IMG/VR virus record: IMGVR_UViG_3300021400_000397
Source of the DNA: an uncultured virus (IMG/VR IMGVR_UViG_3300021400_000397)
Taxonomy: Duplodnaviria; Heunggongvirae; Uroviricota; Caudoviricetes
Length of the DNA stretch: 64,000 bases
Strand: one strand, 5' to 3'
The position numbers and the translations under genes were made by a program. The notes below the pieces were generated by a model. That model was not told the DNA's origin. It did no database searches and was given only the letters and a program-made list of their open reading frames with translations. How positions within the stretch are numbered: the first letter of the stretch is position 1; each line of letters starts with the position of its first letter. Below are positions 27,987 through 39,900 of the stretch, piece by piece.

Positions 27987-30900
27987 ATGCCGACATTCGA
28001 GCCCCTACGCCCACGCACTACAGAGCCCGTCGATCCGTTTGAGGACATTGAGAACCAGGCGTTCCAGCCTCTGCTCCCGGAACAGGCGCCAGGCGGCATA
28101 CACCAGCCGGTGGTCGGCAACGTCGGCGAGCCCCCTGCGTCGCCGCTGGCCGGCGACCTCGGGGCTCTCACCCCCACGGAGTTCGCGGAGCCCCGGGACG
28201 GGGCCAGGGCCAGCGCCCTCCACCGCCAGGGCGTGAACTGGGCCGAGGATACGTCCGGCGAAGCCCGCCCGTTCCAGTCGAGGCTCGGGTTCTACGACCT
28301 CGACTACGACACGAAGGGCAGGCGTGGCGTCGAGCTCGGGAAGGGCACCGACTACATCGAGGCCGCCAACGTGTTCGGACGGCAGTTCACCAGGGCCGAG
28401 CTCGAGAAGGACGACGAGGGCCGCAAGCTCATCAAGCTCATGGAGGCGCAGAGGACGGGCTCGCACCAGGAGGCCGGCTTCTGGAAGGGTCTGACCGACT
28501 GGAACCTCGGGAACACCCCGTGGCTCGGCTGGATGATGGACCTCGGCTCCACCGTCTCCGAGACCATCGCCATATCGAAGGCGATGAGGAAGATGCAGAA
28601 CGGGGAGGCCGTGTCCAACCACGAGGCCATCGCCGTCCGCCGCTTCATGCTCCAGCAGGAGCTCGAGTCCCAGCGCAGCACGTCGTACCAGATCGGCTCC
28701 ACCATCCGCGCGTCCACCCCGTTTGTCGTGGAGATCATGGGTGCGACGGCCATGTCGGCGGCCGCCGCGAAGGTCGGCGCATGGGTCGGAGGCGCCATTG
28801 CTGGCATCGGCAGCGGCGGTGCGCTTGCACCTGTCGGCGCGGCGGTGGGTGGGGCGATCGGCGCAATCGGCGGATTTATATTCGGGGGCGGCGCGATCCT
28901 CTCCAAGGCCCTCAAGGGCGGGGGCAAGAAGCTTGCCACCAAGATGGCCGAGAACCAGATCCTCGCGGGGCTCGCGAAGAAGACGTTCGCCGAGGGCATC
29001 ACCCGCGCCGCGCGGAAGGAGGCCATCGGGATCGCCGCGGGGGCGGTCGGCAAGACCACCAAGGAGATCTCCAAGCTGGCCCTGCAGGCCGGGCAGGCGC
29101 GGGCGGCGGAGGCCGTCGGAAGGGAGCTTGCCGGAAAGGCGCTCGGCGAGGCCGCCGTCAAGAACTGGACGGCGGAGCAGTTCGCGGCGTACGCGGTCAA
29201 GAACGCCTCCACGAAGGAGATGCGCAAGCGCGCCGTGTTCGAGGCGTCGAAGTGGGTGGGCGAGACGTTCAAGGACGTCGCGGACATCTCGATGGACGCG
29301 AAGCTCGCGCGCACGTTCCTCGTCAACGGCGACGTCGTCAACATGGTCGAGCAGGGATGGGTCGGCACGCTCGAGAAGGCCGCGCTCTCGAAGGTCTACG
29401 GGCAGGCGCCGAAGGCCGAAGAGGGGCTCTTCAGGGGGATGGTCAGCTACTGGAAGGACCGCGCCGCCGTGCGCAGGGGCCTCGACAAGCTGACCGACGA
29501 GGACATAGCCGGCCTCAGGAAGACGTTCCTGACGTCCATGATGGACAAGGCCGCCGGGCGCCCGTCGGCCGTCAACGCGGTCACGGCGTCCATAAGCGAG
29601 TCGCTCGGCGGGGCGGCCGTGGACCGGGGGTACGCGTCGAAGGTGGCGGAGCACCTCGTGAACAACGCGACGCGGAGCTTCATGCTGAAGTACCAGGGGA
29701 AGGGCTTCGTGAACGGCGCGACGCGCGTCGCCCGCTGGGTCGGCGACGGCATACTGGACGGCATGCTGCGCTGGGACACGTCGATCTACCACGGCGCGGG
29801 GACCATCGCGAGGAACGGGTCCGTGCTGGGCGGGAAGATGCTGGCCCTGAAGGAGGCCATGAAGGCCTCGTTCGTCGAGGCCCCGCTGCGGGGGGCGATG
29901 CAGCTCGGGATGCAGATGCCGCTGTGGCCGGTCGTGTCCATGGCGACCGGGAACGACGCCGGCGACTTCGTCGTGCGCGGGCAGCTCGGCACGCAGGCGA
30001 CGGCCCTGCAGACGGGCGACCGCGAGCTGATGGACAACGCCCGCGCGATAGCGATCGGGTCCGGGCTCGTCGAGTACATCTCCGAGTCGTCCGGCCGCGG
30101 GTTCAACATAGCGGCCGAGGGGATCGCCGCCCCCATGCTGAAGAACGCCCCGTTCCTGAAGGCCACCAGGGAGGTCGGGTCCTACATGTCCCGCAAGCTG
30201 GAGTCCGTGTTCGGGACCCAGGCGATGATGAAGGCGGCCAACCGGGACAAGCTCGCCGGGGCCGTCGTGAGCTACCTCGGCGCCAAGGCGGGGGAGGGCG
30301 TGAAGCTGCCCGGCATCACGAAGACCCAGGTGGCGCAGCTCGTGGCGGGGGTGAAGAACGTCGCGAACGTCCCGGAGGTCCTCCGGGCCCTCGGGCTGAA
30401 GAGCGAGAAGGAGCTCATAAAGGACGCCATCTCCAGCCAGTTCAACCTGTCGAGGATGCGCGCCGGCATGACGTACTTCGTCGCGCACAACATGCTCGAG
30501 CGCGGGCTCACACCGCAGAAGATGGCCGCGTGGCTGCAGCGCGTCGGCTACGACGGCGTGCTCGCCGAGATGGCCGAGGAGCGCTACGGCGGGTTCTTCC
30601 AGGGGCTCCTGGGACTGGACGACTCCCCGTCCGACTCCACGATGCGCGACCGCTGGGCCGCCGCGATGCGCGGGCTGTTCCCGGACCCGCACCAGCTCCT
30701 CGTCGAGGCCGTGTCGTTCTCGTTCCCGGCGATGACGCAGCTCACGATGAACTCGCTCTACAGCCACCTCGGGCGGGGCATCGTCCAGGAGACCCTCGAC
30801 GACGCCAAGGTGGTCAGCATGCACCACAGCCTGACGCCGGAGATCACCATCCCCGTCATGTCGGCCGAGGGGGCCAAGGCCTACGCCGACTACCACGCCG

Positions 30901-33900
30901 GCGCGCAGGCGCTGTACGAGAAGGCGACCGTCGGCGAGGGCGGCGAGGAGAAGGCGTGGAACGACGTTCTGGGCCGCTCCGGGACGACGGCGGAAGCGGA
31001 CGGCGAGGTCGTGGAGGGTGCCCGCGCCCCGACGCGTGCGCAGGCAGTAAAGGCGGCCGTCGCGGACGGGTCGCTCAAGCTCAACGACAAGAACAAGGAC
31101 ATCTCGAACCCGAACGTATCCGACGAGGAGATGGAGGCGCTGCTCCGCGAGAAGGCGCAGCGCATCATCGACCTGTCGAACAACGAGGAGGACCTGAACA
31201 AGCAGCTCGCGGACCACCAAGCCGAGGAGGTGTTCGGCAAGGACGGCGTCGAGGCGATCCGGCGCCTGAAGCGCAAGGACCCGGGATACATGGACGCCGC
31301 GAAGCAGGCGGCGCTCGGGGAAGGCAGCGAGTACGCCGAGTTCGTGAAGAACGCCCCGGCCATAGAGCTCAAGGAGGACGCCGACGCGGACTCCGTCGCG
31401 GCGGAGATCACGGCGGCGCTCCCGTTCGTCTCGAACGACTCCGCCATGACCGCCGAGGTGCGCGAGCGCCTCTCCGCGAGGCAGGGGGTCGAGATCAACA
31501 AGTACTCCGGGGACTACGTGGGCGAGGTCGCGGGCAGCCTCGGCCGGCTCGGCGACAAGTGGATCGACTTCAAGTACCAGCTCGGCAAGGACCACTGGTG
31601 GGGCCGCAGGGCCCTCATGCGCGTCACGGGAATCCTCGACGCGGTGACGACGGGCAGGCTGGAGCTCGCGGCGAGGAACCCCGTCCAGTGGGCGATGGAG
31701 GAGGCACAGCTCCCGCGCCAGCTGATGAACGCCGTCGGGCAGCTGCGCGAGCGCTCGATCCAGGAGGGGCGCGAGATATGGCTCCGCAGGAAGTTCGGCG
31801 GGGACTACCTCTCCGCCGAGGCCGCGCAGAAGATCCGCAGCACGCCGCTCGCCGACGCGTCCGCCGACATGCTCGCGGAGTTCAGGAAGGCCGGCGAGGA
31901 GAGCTACCAGACCAGCCTCCGCGAGTACGCCCAGATGTTCCTCACCGCGAGGAACGTGGTCGCCGTGTCCAGGGGCGACATCGAGGACGCGGCGCTCCGC
32001 GTCGTCGCGCACAGGCACCGGGACGAGGTCGGCGGCAGGGTCGTCTACCGCTACGGCGACAAGACGACCGACGACTTCAGGAGCGCGGAGTTCCGCGCCG
32101 CCGTCGCCGGCGAGGAGATGGCCAGGGCGAAGTCCGACATCGTGAAGGGCCTCGCCCAGATCGCCGTCAGCGACGCCGTCGCGGTGAACTCGCACGCCCG
32201 GTTCGGGAACGTCAACACGACGAGCATCACGTTCAGCTACGACCGCGCCATGCGCTTCGGCGACAACGCCGAGGTCGTGGCGGCGATCCGCGCCATGCCG
32301 GCGTTCCGGAACATGCGGGCGGTGTACGACGTCTCGGACGGCGGGCACGTCAAGGACTACGCGCTCGGGAGGACGGTGGACGTCGGCGAGCTCCTCGACA
32401 TGAGGACCGACGGGCAACTCGAGCCCGCGGACCTGCGGCGCGTCATGTTCGCGATGGGCCGCTACTACGGGGAGTTCACCGAGGCGCAGAACCAGCAGGC
32501 CGCCGCGCAGTACCTCGCGAGGCTGAAGCTGGCCGTGGAGAACTCGGAGCCCCTGTCGTTCGAGTACCGCGACGGGACGACCGCGGAGGTCCAGACCTCG
32601 TACGGGCTCGACAAGGACGGGAACCGCGTCGTGACGCTGACGTGCAACGGCGTCTCCGTGACCGGGCGCACCACCCTGGAGGCGACGAAGCTCCTGGAGG
32701 AGGCCCGCGTCGCCAAGCCCGACGGCACGTTCCCGGAGGCCGACGTGGTCGACCCCGCGACCGGGCTCGCCGTGAAGAAGGGCGGCGTGCTCGCCAACTG
32801 GCGCCAGTTCGCCGTCCTGCAAAACGACAGCATCTCCTCGCGCGACGCGACCTCGCTGGTCCTCCTCATGCACGGGAGCCGCGAGAAGGCCCGCGAGGCG
32901 TACGAGAGGTTCTACGGCCACAAGGTGGACGAGGCGCTCTACCCGCCCCAGCTCCGCCGCGTGAGGCGCGACGGGGTGGACACGTGGCTCTACGAGGACG
33001 ACGAGGAGGCCGCGCGCGGGCTCGCCGCGGAGCTCCGCTCCACCGACGAGGGGGTGAGGAACGCGGTCCGCGGCACCGGAAAGGACGGCGACGCCTACGC
33101 CGTGGGGTACGAGCGCGCCGCCGAGCTCATGCTCGAGCGCTACGGGATCACCCGGAGCAAGCAGGACGCCGCCGCGACGGACGTCTACCGCGGGGAGGCG
33201 AGCTACTCGATACGCCCGAACGGCATCGCGTTCGGCGACACGATCTACCTCCAGAGCGACTACTACTCGGGGGGCGACGCGGAGATGATGCTCCGCTCCG
33301 CGTTCGCGAGGGCGATCTTCGACGCCGCGACCAAGCCCGGCAAGGCGTTCGACGACCCCTCCGCGTTCGTCGGCATCCTGCAGGAGATGGACAAGGCGTT
33401 CTCCAGGGCCGCCGACGAGTGCGTCGCGGAGCTCGAGGACCGCAACCCCGACATGGCGCAGCGCGTCAGGGACGCCATGGCGTCCCTGCCGTCCTCGCCG
33501 GGCCGCGTCGACCCCGCCAGGATGGCCGCCATAGCGGCCGCCGTCGGCGTGTTCAGCGACGAGCGCGGGCTCAACGAGTACGGCAACGGGTTCCTCTTCG
33601 GGCCGGAGCTCGCCTACGTCGCGGACCGCGCCCGCAGGAGCCCGTGGGCCACGCTGTTCCTCTCCGCGATGGACGAGGCGCTCGGCGGGCGCGGGTTCTT
33701 CGCGGAGTCCGCGGACCCGCTGCAGGGCCTCGGCCGGTTCCTCGACGCGTTCGCGCCGAGCGGCCGCGAGCTGATGGCGTCCAGGTCGTCCGCCATGTTC
33801 ACCAACGGCGGCGAGGGCGCGAAGAAGTCCGGCATCGTGTTCCAGTGGTACGGCGTGCCGAAGGACATCAGCGCCGCGGGGCTCGCGTCCGGCGTGGCCC

Positions 33901-36900
33901 CGGTCATCGACGACACGACCCTGTCGAACTTCACGGGCGTCGAGAACGACACCGTCCGCGGGCTCCTCCTCAAGGGCGTCGCGAGGCACTGCCGCGAGTT
34001 CGGCGACGCGTACCGCAAGGCGGGCGGGACGCCGACCACGGCGGAGATGTACCGCATGCTCAAGCACGCGCTCGACTCCGGCGGCGACACCGCGGGCGGC
34101 GAGGCGAAGCCGAGCATCGGGTCCGGGTTCGGCGGCGTCAGCATCGCGACGGACGCCAGGGTCCGCCAGCCCCTCTCGTCCGAGGTCGTCCCGGACGACG
34201 TGGCGTTCGGCATCGGGAGGAACCTCCAGTTCCTCGCCCCGGGGGCGTCCGTCGGCGGCGTCGGCGGGCGCGCCCAGGCGCTGAAGGCGCGCAGCACGGT
34301 CCGCCGCTTCCTGTTCGAGCGCGGGTGCTACAGCTCCAACGCGGAGCGCATCGTCGCGAAGTTCATCGACGCGGCGGGCGCGGAGGGCTCGGACTCCGCT
34401 TCGGACGCCGCGCTGGACGAGGAGGAGTGGACCTCGCTCGCCGACGTCCTCTCGGAGGGCTCCGGGAACCAGGACATCTTCTTCGACGCGAAGCGCGCGA
34501 ACGCCGCGATCGAGAACAGGGACCTCATGGACCTCGGGCGTCAGTGGAGCTACGTCTACCCGTCGGAGGGCGGCGCGTTCACGCAGGTCCTCGCGAGGTT
34601 CTCGAACGAGATCCTCAGGCTCGCGGAAAAGGACGGGGCCGCCGACGAGCTGAAGACGCTCGCCGGGCTCTTCAACGTGCTCCGGTCGCGGAGGAGCGGG
34701 CGCTCCGGCGGAAGCATAGCGGCCGCCACCGGCGTGTGGAACGACTCGTCGCGGGTGGCGAAGGACGCCAAGGTCACCGACGCGCTCCTCGCGAGGGCCG
34801 TCGCCTCCCTGCACGCGTCCGGGCACGACGAGCTCGCGTTCGTCCTCAACGGCATCCGCAACATACCGGCGGACGGGAAGCGCCGCGCCCAGGCCCTCGC
34901 CCTCGTCGGCTACATGACGCCGCTCGACGTGAACCGCGTCACCGTCGGCGACTCGGGCGTCGGGACGATAGACACGATGGGAAGCGCCTCGCTTGCGGCC
35001 GTCTCGTCGGTGAGGGCCTCGATGTCGCACGCGCTCTCGAGGCTGTTCCCCCGCGTCATGGACGGACGCCGCACGACCCCGGAGGAGCTCTACCGGAACA
35101 TCTCGGTGCTCGACAACCTGCTGCTCCTGTCCGGGTCGGAGAAGTTCTTCGAGCGCGACAAGGCCGGGACGCCCTTCGCGAAGAAGACGATAGCGGAGTA
35201 CGAGGCCCTGCTTGCCGGGGCGAGGGCGGGCGCGGACGCGAGGGCCGCGTTCGAGAAGAACCCGTCCGACGACGCGGCGCTGGTCGCGTTCGCGAACGCG
35301 CTGTCGTCCAGGATGTCCGCGGTCGCGGACGCGCTGGACTACGTGCTCGGCCCGGGGAACGAGCTCACCTACGCGCTCCGCAGCCCCGACGTCGTCGGCG
35401 GCGTCGTGCGCAGCGTGCGCAACGCGAAGGGCGACGCGCTGAAGACGGCCAAGGAGAGGCTCCTCCAGCTGTTCGACTCCTGCGAGGAGAGCAAGGTGGC
35501 CAACTCCCGCTGCCCCCTGATCAGCCACGCCGTGCTCAACCCGGCGATCGCCGCCATACAGAGGGCCGTGGCGTCGAAGGGCGGGCAGCCCCTCCGCGGC
35601 GGGCGCCAGTACGCCGACATAAAGTCGCACGGCCTCTCCGCCGTGGACATCCTGAACGCGCTCTCCGACGACCACATCGCGAGGCTGTTCTCCCGTGGCG
35701 ACCCGACGCCGCAGGGCGCGCCGCGCTCCCTGTGGTTCAGGAACAAGCTCCCCGGCGGGGTCGTCAACTCCTTCATGGGCCGCGTGTTCGGTCTGTACGC
35801 CGCGTCCGCGCCGCGCTCCGTCGCGAGGATGTCCGGCCTCCGCGAGGAGTCGCTCGACGCGTCCTCGCAGGTCACGGCGACCCCGGCGTCCGAGCCGGTC
35901 ATGATGGCCGCGGTGGAGGACAGGCTCCTCGCCCCGCTTGGCGTCCTCGACGGCTACCTCCAGCGCGGCGGCAGGTTCGAGGACGGCTCGCGCCTCGTCA
36001 CCGTCACCGCTGGCGCGAAGCTCGAGGACGGCACGATCGTCGACAAGGCACAGCTTTCGGTCATCGTGGCCGCCGCCAACATCGACAGGTTCGTGAAGGG
36101 CGACGTCAGGAACGGCTACTTCGAGGTGTACCACGGCGAGAAGCCGTCCGTGTACTCCATAAGCCTCCCGCGCGACGTGATGCAGAAGATCCTCGACGGC
36201 ATACACTCGGGCGCCGACTGGGCCATGAACCGCGTGACGCGCAAGATGGTCGAGGACGGCGTCCTCCCGAAGACGATCGACGCCCCCGACCACAGGGGCG
36301 AGCTCTACGATGCGCTCTTTTCCGTCGTCGCCGCCGCGGCCCGCTGCGACCAGATCGAGTCCAAGCGCACGCAGGTCCTGCTCGCGCAGGGCGTCCCGTT
36401 CTCCACGCACCGCGACAGGATGCTGCGCACTGTGGACGGCAAGGTCGAGGAAGTCTCTGCCGCCGTCTCCACGATGGACGGCAAGGCTAAGGTGACGCCC
36501 GGCCTCTACTGCGACATCATCGTCTCCGGCACGGACGCCGCGCAGAACCTCGGCATGTACCTGAACCACGGGTTCCTCATCGAGTCCCAGCGGGCGCAGG
36601 CCACCAATCCGGCGTCGGTGTCCTTCAAGAACCACCTCATCGACTGGTTCGGCTCCGCGCTCTTCAAGGGGCAGGGCCACGACTTCGGCCTCGGCATGTA
36701 CGAGACCGACGCGGTTCCGGTAAGCGGCACGCTCGCCGAGGCGTGCCGCGTCCAGCGCCGCAGGCTCGAGGAGGTCCTCGGGATCAAGGAGGGGACGCTC
36801 GACCTCCCCGACCCGGAGAAGCCGCCGACCGACGAGGAGAGGGCCTACCGCGAGTCGGCGATCGGTCTCGTCGAGGAGTTCCTCCTTTCGTCCACGACGC

Positions 36901-39900
36901 TCTGCACCGACACGGAGACCCTCAAGTCCGGCGCGTTCAGCTCCCGCTGCGGGTTCAAGGCGGAGCCCGGGAAGCCGTTCACCGTGAAGGCGGGGGGCAA
37001 GGAGATCGTATTCCAGCTCGAGGAGAAGGACGGGCAGCCCCCGAAGCTCCTGATGACGGTCGACGGGCAGAAGGTCCGCATGTTCGGCCGCACGATGGTG
37101 ACGCCCGAGTTCAAGAACGGCGGCGCCCCGCTCGCCACCATGCTGCCGGCCGTCGCGTTCGCGCTCGGGAAGAAGGAGCTCTCCGACGAGGACGTCGGCT
37201 CCATCGAGGCCGAGTGGCTGCTCCCGACGGGCGAGGCCACGGAGGCCAAGGCGCTCAGGGACTCCGGCATCTTCCAGTCCTACGGGACCGAGGAGGGCGA
37301 CAAGGTGTCCGTCGTCGAGAGCGCGTCCGGCGGCTACCGCGTCCGCTACTTCACGCGCTCGATGAACGCGCAGGTAATGGCGAACTCCGACGCGAGCGCG
37401 AAGCCGTCGTCCGAGCACCCCGCCGCGACCAACTGGGCGCGCGACGTCGTGGCCAACTCGGGGCGCGTCCGCCAGGCCCTCCCCGGGCAGGCCGACTTCA
37501 CGTGGTACGCCACCAAGGCGCTCAATGTGTCGAGGGCGGTCCCGTACGCCATCCTCCGCTCCCAGCCAGACTTCGTGCGTTCGCTCATCGAGAGCGACCC
37601 CGACCTCTACGCCGAGTGGATGGCGCACCCGAACAGCCAGGAGGTGCAGGAGCAGATCGTCCGCCGGGCCAACACGGCGTACGCCAAGGCGATGAAGGCG
37701 TACGTCAGCTCGATGCACGCGGTTCTCATGGGCTCCGGCATCAAGGCGACGAAGACGGCCAGGCGCGGCGACGGCACGTACGACGTGGAGTACTCGTACT
37801 CCGCCGGGGTGACCGACTACGACAAGGACTGCTTCCGCGACGCCCGCGTCCTTTCGCAGGAGGAGAAGGAGGCGTTCGGGGTCGGGCGCTCCTACTCGTC
37901 CGGGCAGGTGAACGTGCAGAGCGCGAGCTTCCGCTACGGCTGGCACGTGAAGGCGGATGCGGACTTCTCCGCGGTCGACGCATATGCGCAGGGCGCGGGG
38001 AGGGAGACGTACGAAGCGAACCTCGCGCGCCTCGAGCAGGCGTACGGCGACGCCGACGAGGACGTGAAGCGCGTCGCGTCGCTCGCCGCGTACATCGAGT
38101 ACTTCGACGGACTCCGCAGGGGCGAGGAAAAGGAGAAGGCCGCAAAGGTCCTCGGCTCCGTGTTCACCGACTACACCGGCAAGGCCGTGGGCGAGAACGC
38201 GTCGTGCAACCTGATGAAGCTCTCGTTCTCCGACCTGTTTCTCGGGCAGAGGTACGGTGGGGACCGCTTCGACCTCGCGGCCTTCGAGTTCCGCGGGGAC
38301 ACCCACGGCAAGAAGCTCGACAGGAACGGGAACCGCACGATCTACCTCGGCGGCGCGTTCTTCGCGGGCGACCGCCGCCCGTCCGGGAACTTCGAGGCGG
38401 CGGGCGGGCTCATCCGCGTGCAGGCGCCGGTCCTCTTCGACAAGGCCACCGGCAAGGTGGACGGCCACGCGCTCTACATCCTCCCGCCCCTCATGAACAC
38501 GACGCAGGGCTCCGACACGGACGGCGACTCCGCGACGGGCACCGTCATGTCCGGGAAGGGGCTCACCGCGGACGACCGCCGCATACTCGACCAGATACAC
38601 GACACCGTGATGGCGAGGATGAAGGACATGGGGGCCGACGAGTGGGAGAGGACCCTCCGCTGCGAAGACCTCGTCCACACGCTCCGCACCAGGTTCCCCG
38701 ACTACTTCGAGGAGGAGACGGACGAGGACGGCGTCAGGTTCGTGAAGCCCTCGGAGAGGCTCCACCAGCTCATCGGAAACGTCCTCCTGCAGGAGGAGAT
38801 CGACAACTACCGCCTCATGCCGAACGAGACGCAGGGCGCGTACGGGACGATGGACGTCAACAAGGCGGCGTCGTCGCGCACGATATACGACTTCGGGCTC
38901 GTCGGCAGGAGCCCCGTCGGGACGCAGGCCGTGTCCGACGACATAGACATCCAGGTCGGCGGGGCCGCATCGGCGATGGCCGCCGGCGTCCTCGGGGTCT
39001 CCGAGGACAGCCTCGCCGGAAAGTCGTACTACAAGGTGTTCAAGAAGTGCATCGACAAGCTGTCGCTGCAGACGATGCCGAAGCTCGACCTCCTGAACCC
39101 GCGTGTCGCCGCGTATCTGTCCGGGGCGGCCGCCGACGCGAACGGAGCCCGCGGCGTCATGGTGTCGCTGCAGGCGGCGCTCGAGCACCTGAAGGGGTAC
39201 GCCGACGTCGACCCGCGCATCAGGGCCCTGGCCCCCGCGCTCTTCGAGGACCGCGACGGATACCGGCCCGCCGAGGACTTCATAGGGCACCTCGACAAGA
39301 TCTCGAACGCGCTCTTCGACGTCGTGAAGGACCTCTTCGCGCCGCGCGCCGGCTGGCAGAAGGGCCTCCTCAACTGCCTCATGGCGAAGCTCCTCTCCGA
39401 CGCCAACGCGGAGTACAGGTCCTGGAGCGACGGCGGCAGGAAGGGGACCGGCCCGCAATGGGACGACGAGTGGTTCTTCACCGAGCTCATCGGGTTCGCG
39501 AAGGACCTGCACTCGTCGGACGCCAGCCTGCCCGCGCTCGTCGCCAAGGGGAACGCGTTCTACGACCACGGCGCCGAGGACGCGTTCCTGCCGGGCCAGC
39601 CGAGGCAGACCCTGCTCGGGGCCTACAACACCATGATCCTCGGCCGCAAGGACTGCGTGGCCAAGACCGCGTTCCTCGGGATGTACATGGTGCGCGACGG
39701 GCGCCTGGACCTCACGTCCTTCGGACGCCCCAAGGACGTGTCGAGGCAGTACCGCCTCCGCAGCGGCCTCAATGTCCGCGACGACGCGCGCGGCGAGATG
39801 GTGCCGGCCCACGGCGCCGACGTGCAGAAGGGCATCGCGGGCCTCATGTCCAGCATAGCCCGCGCCCTCCGCATGCGGGAGTCCGACTTCGCCGACGCAG

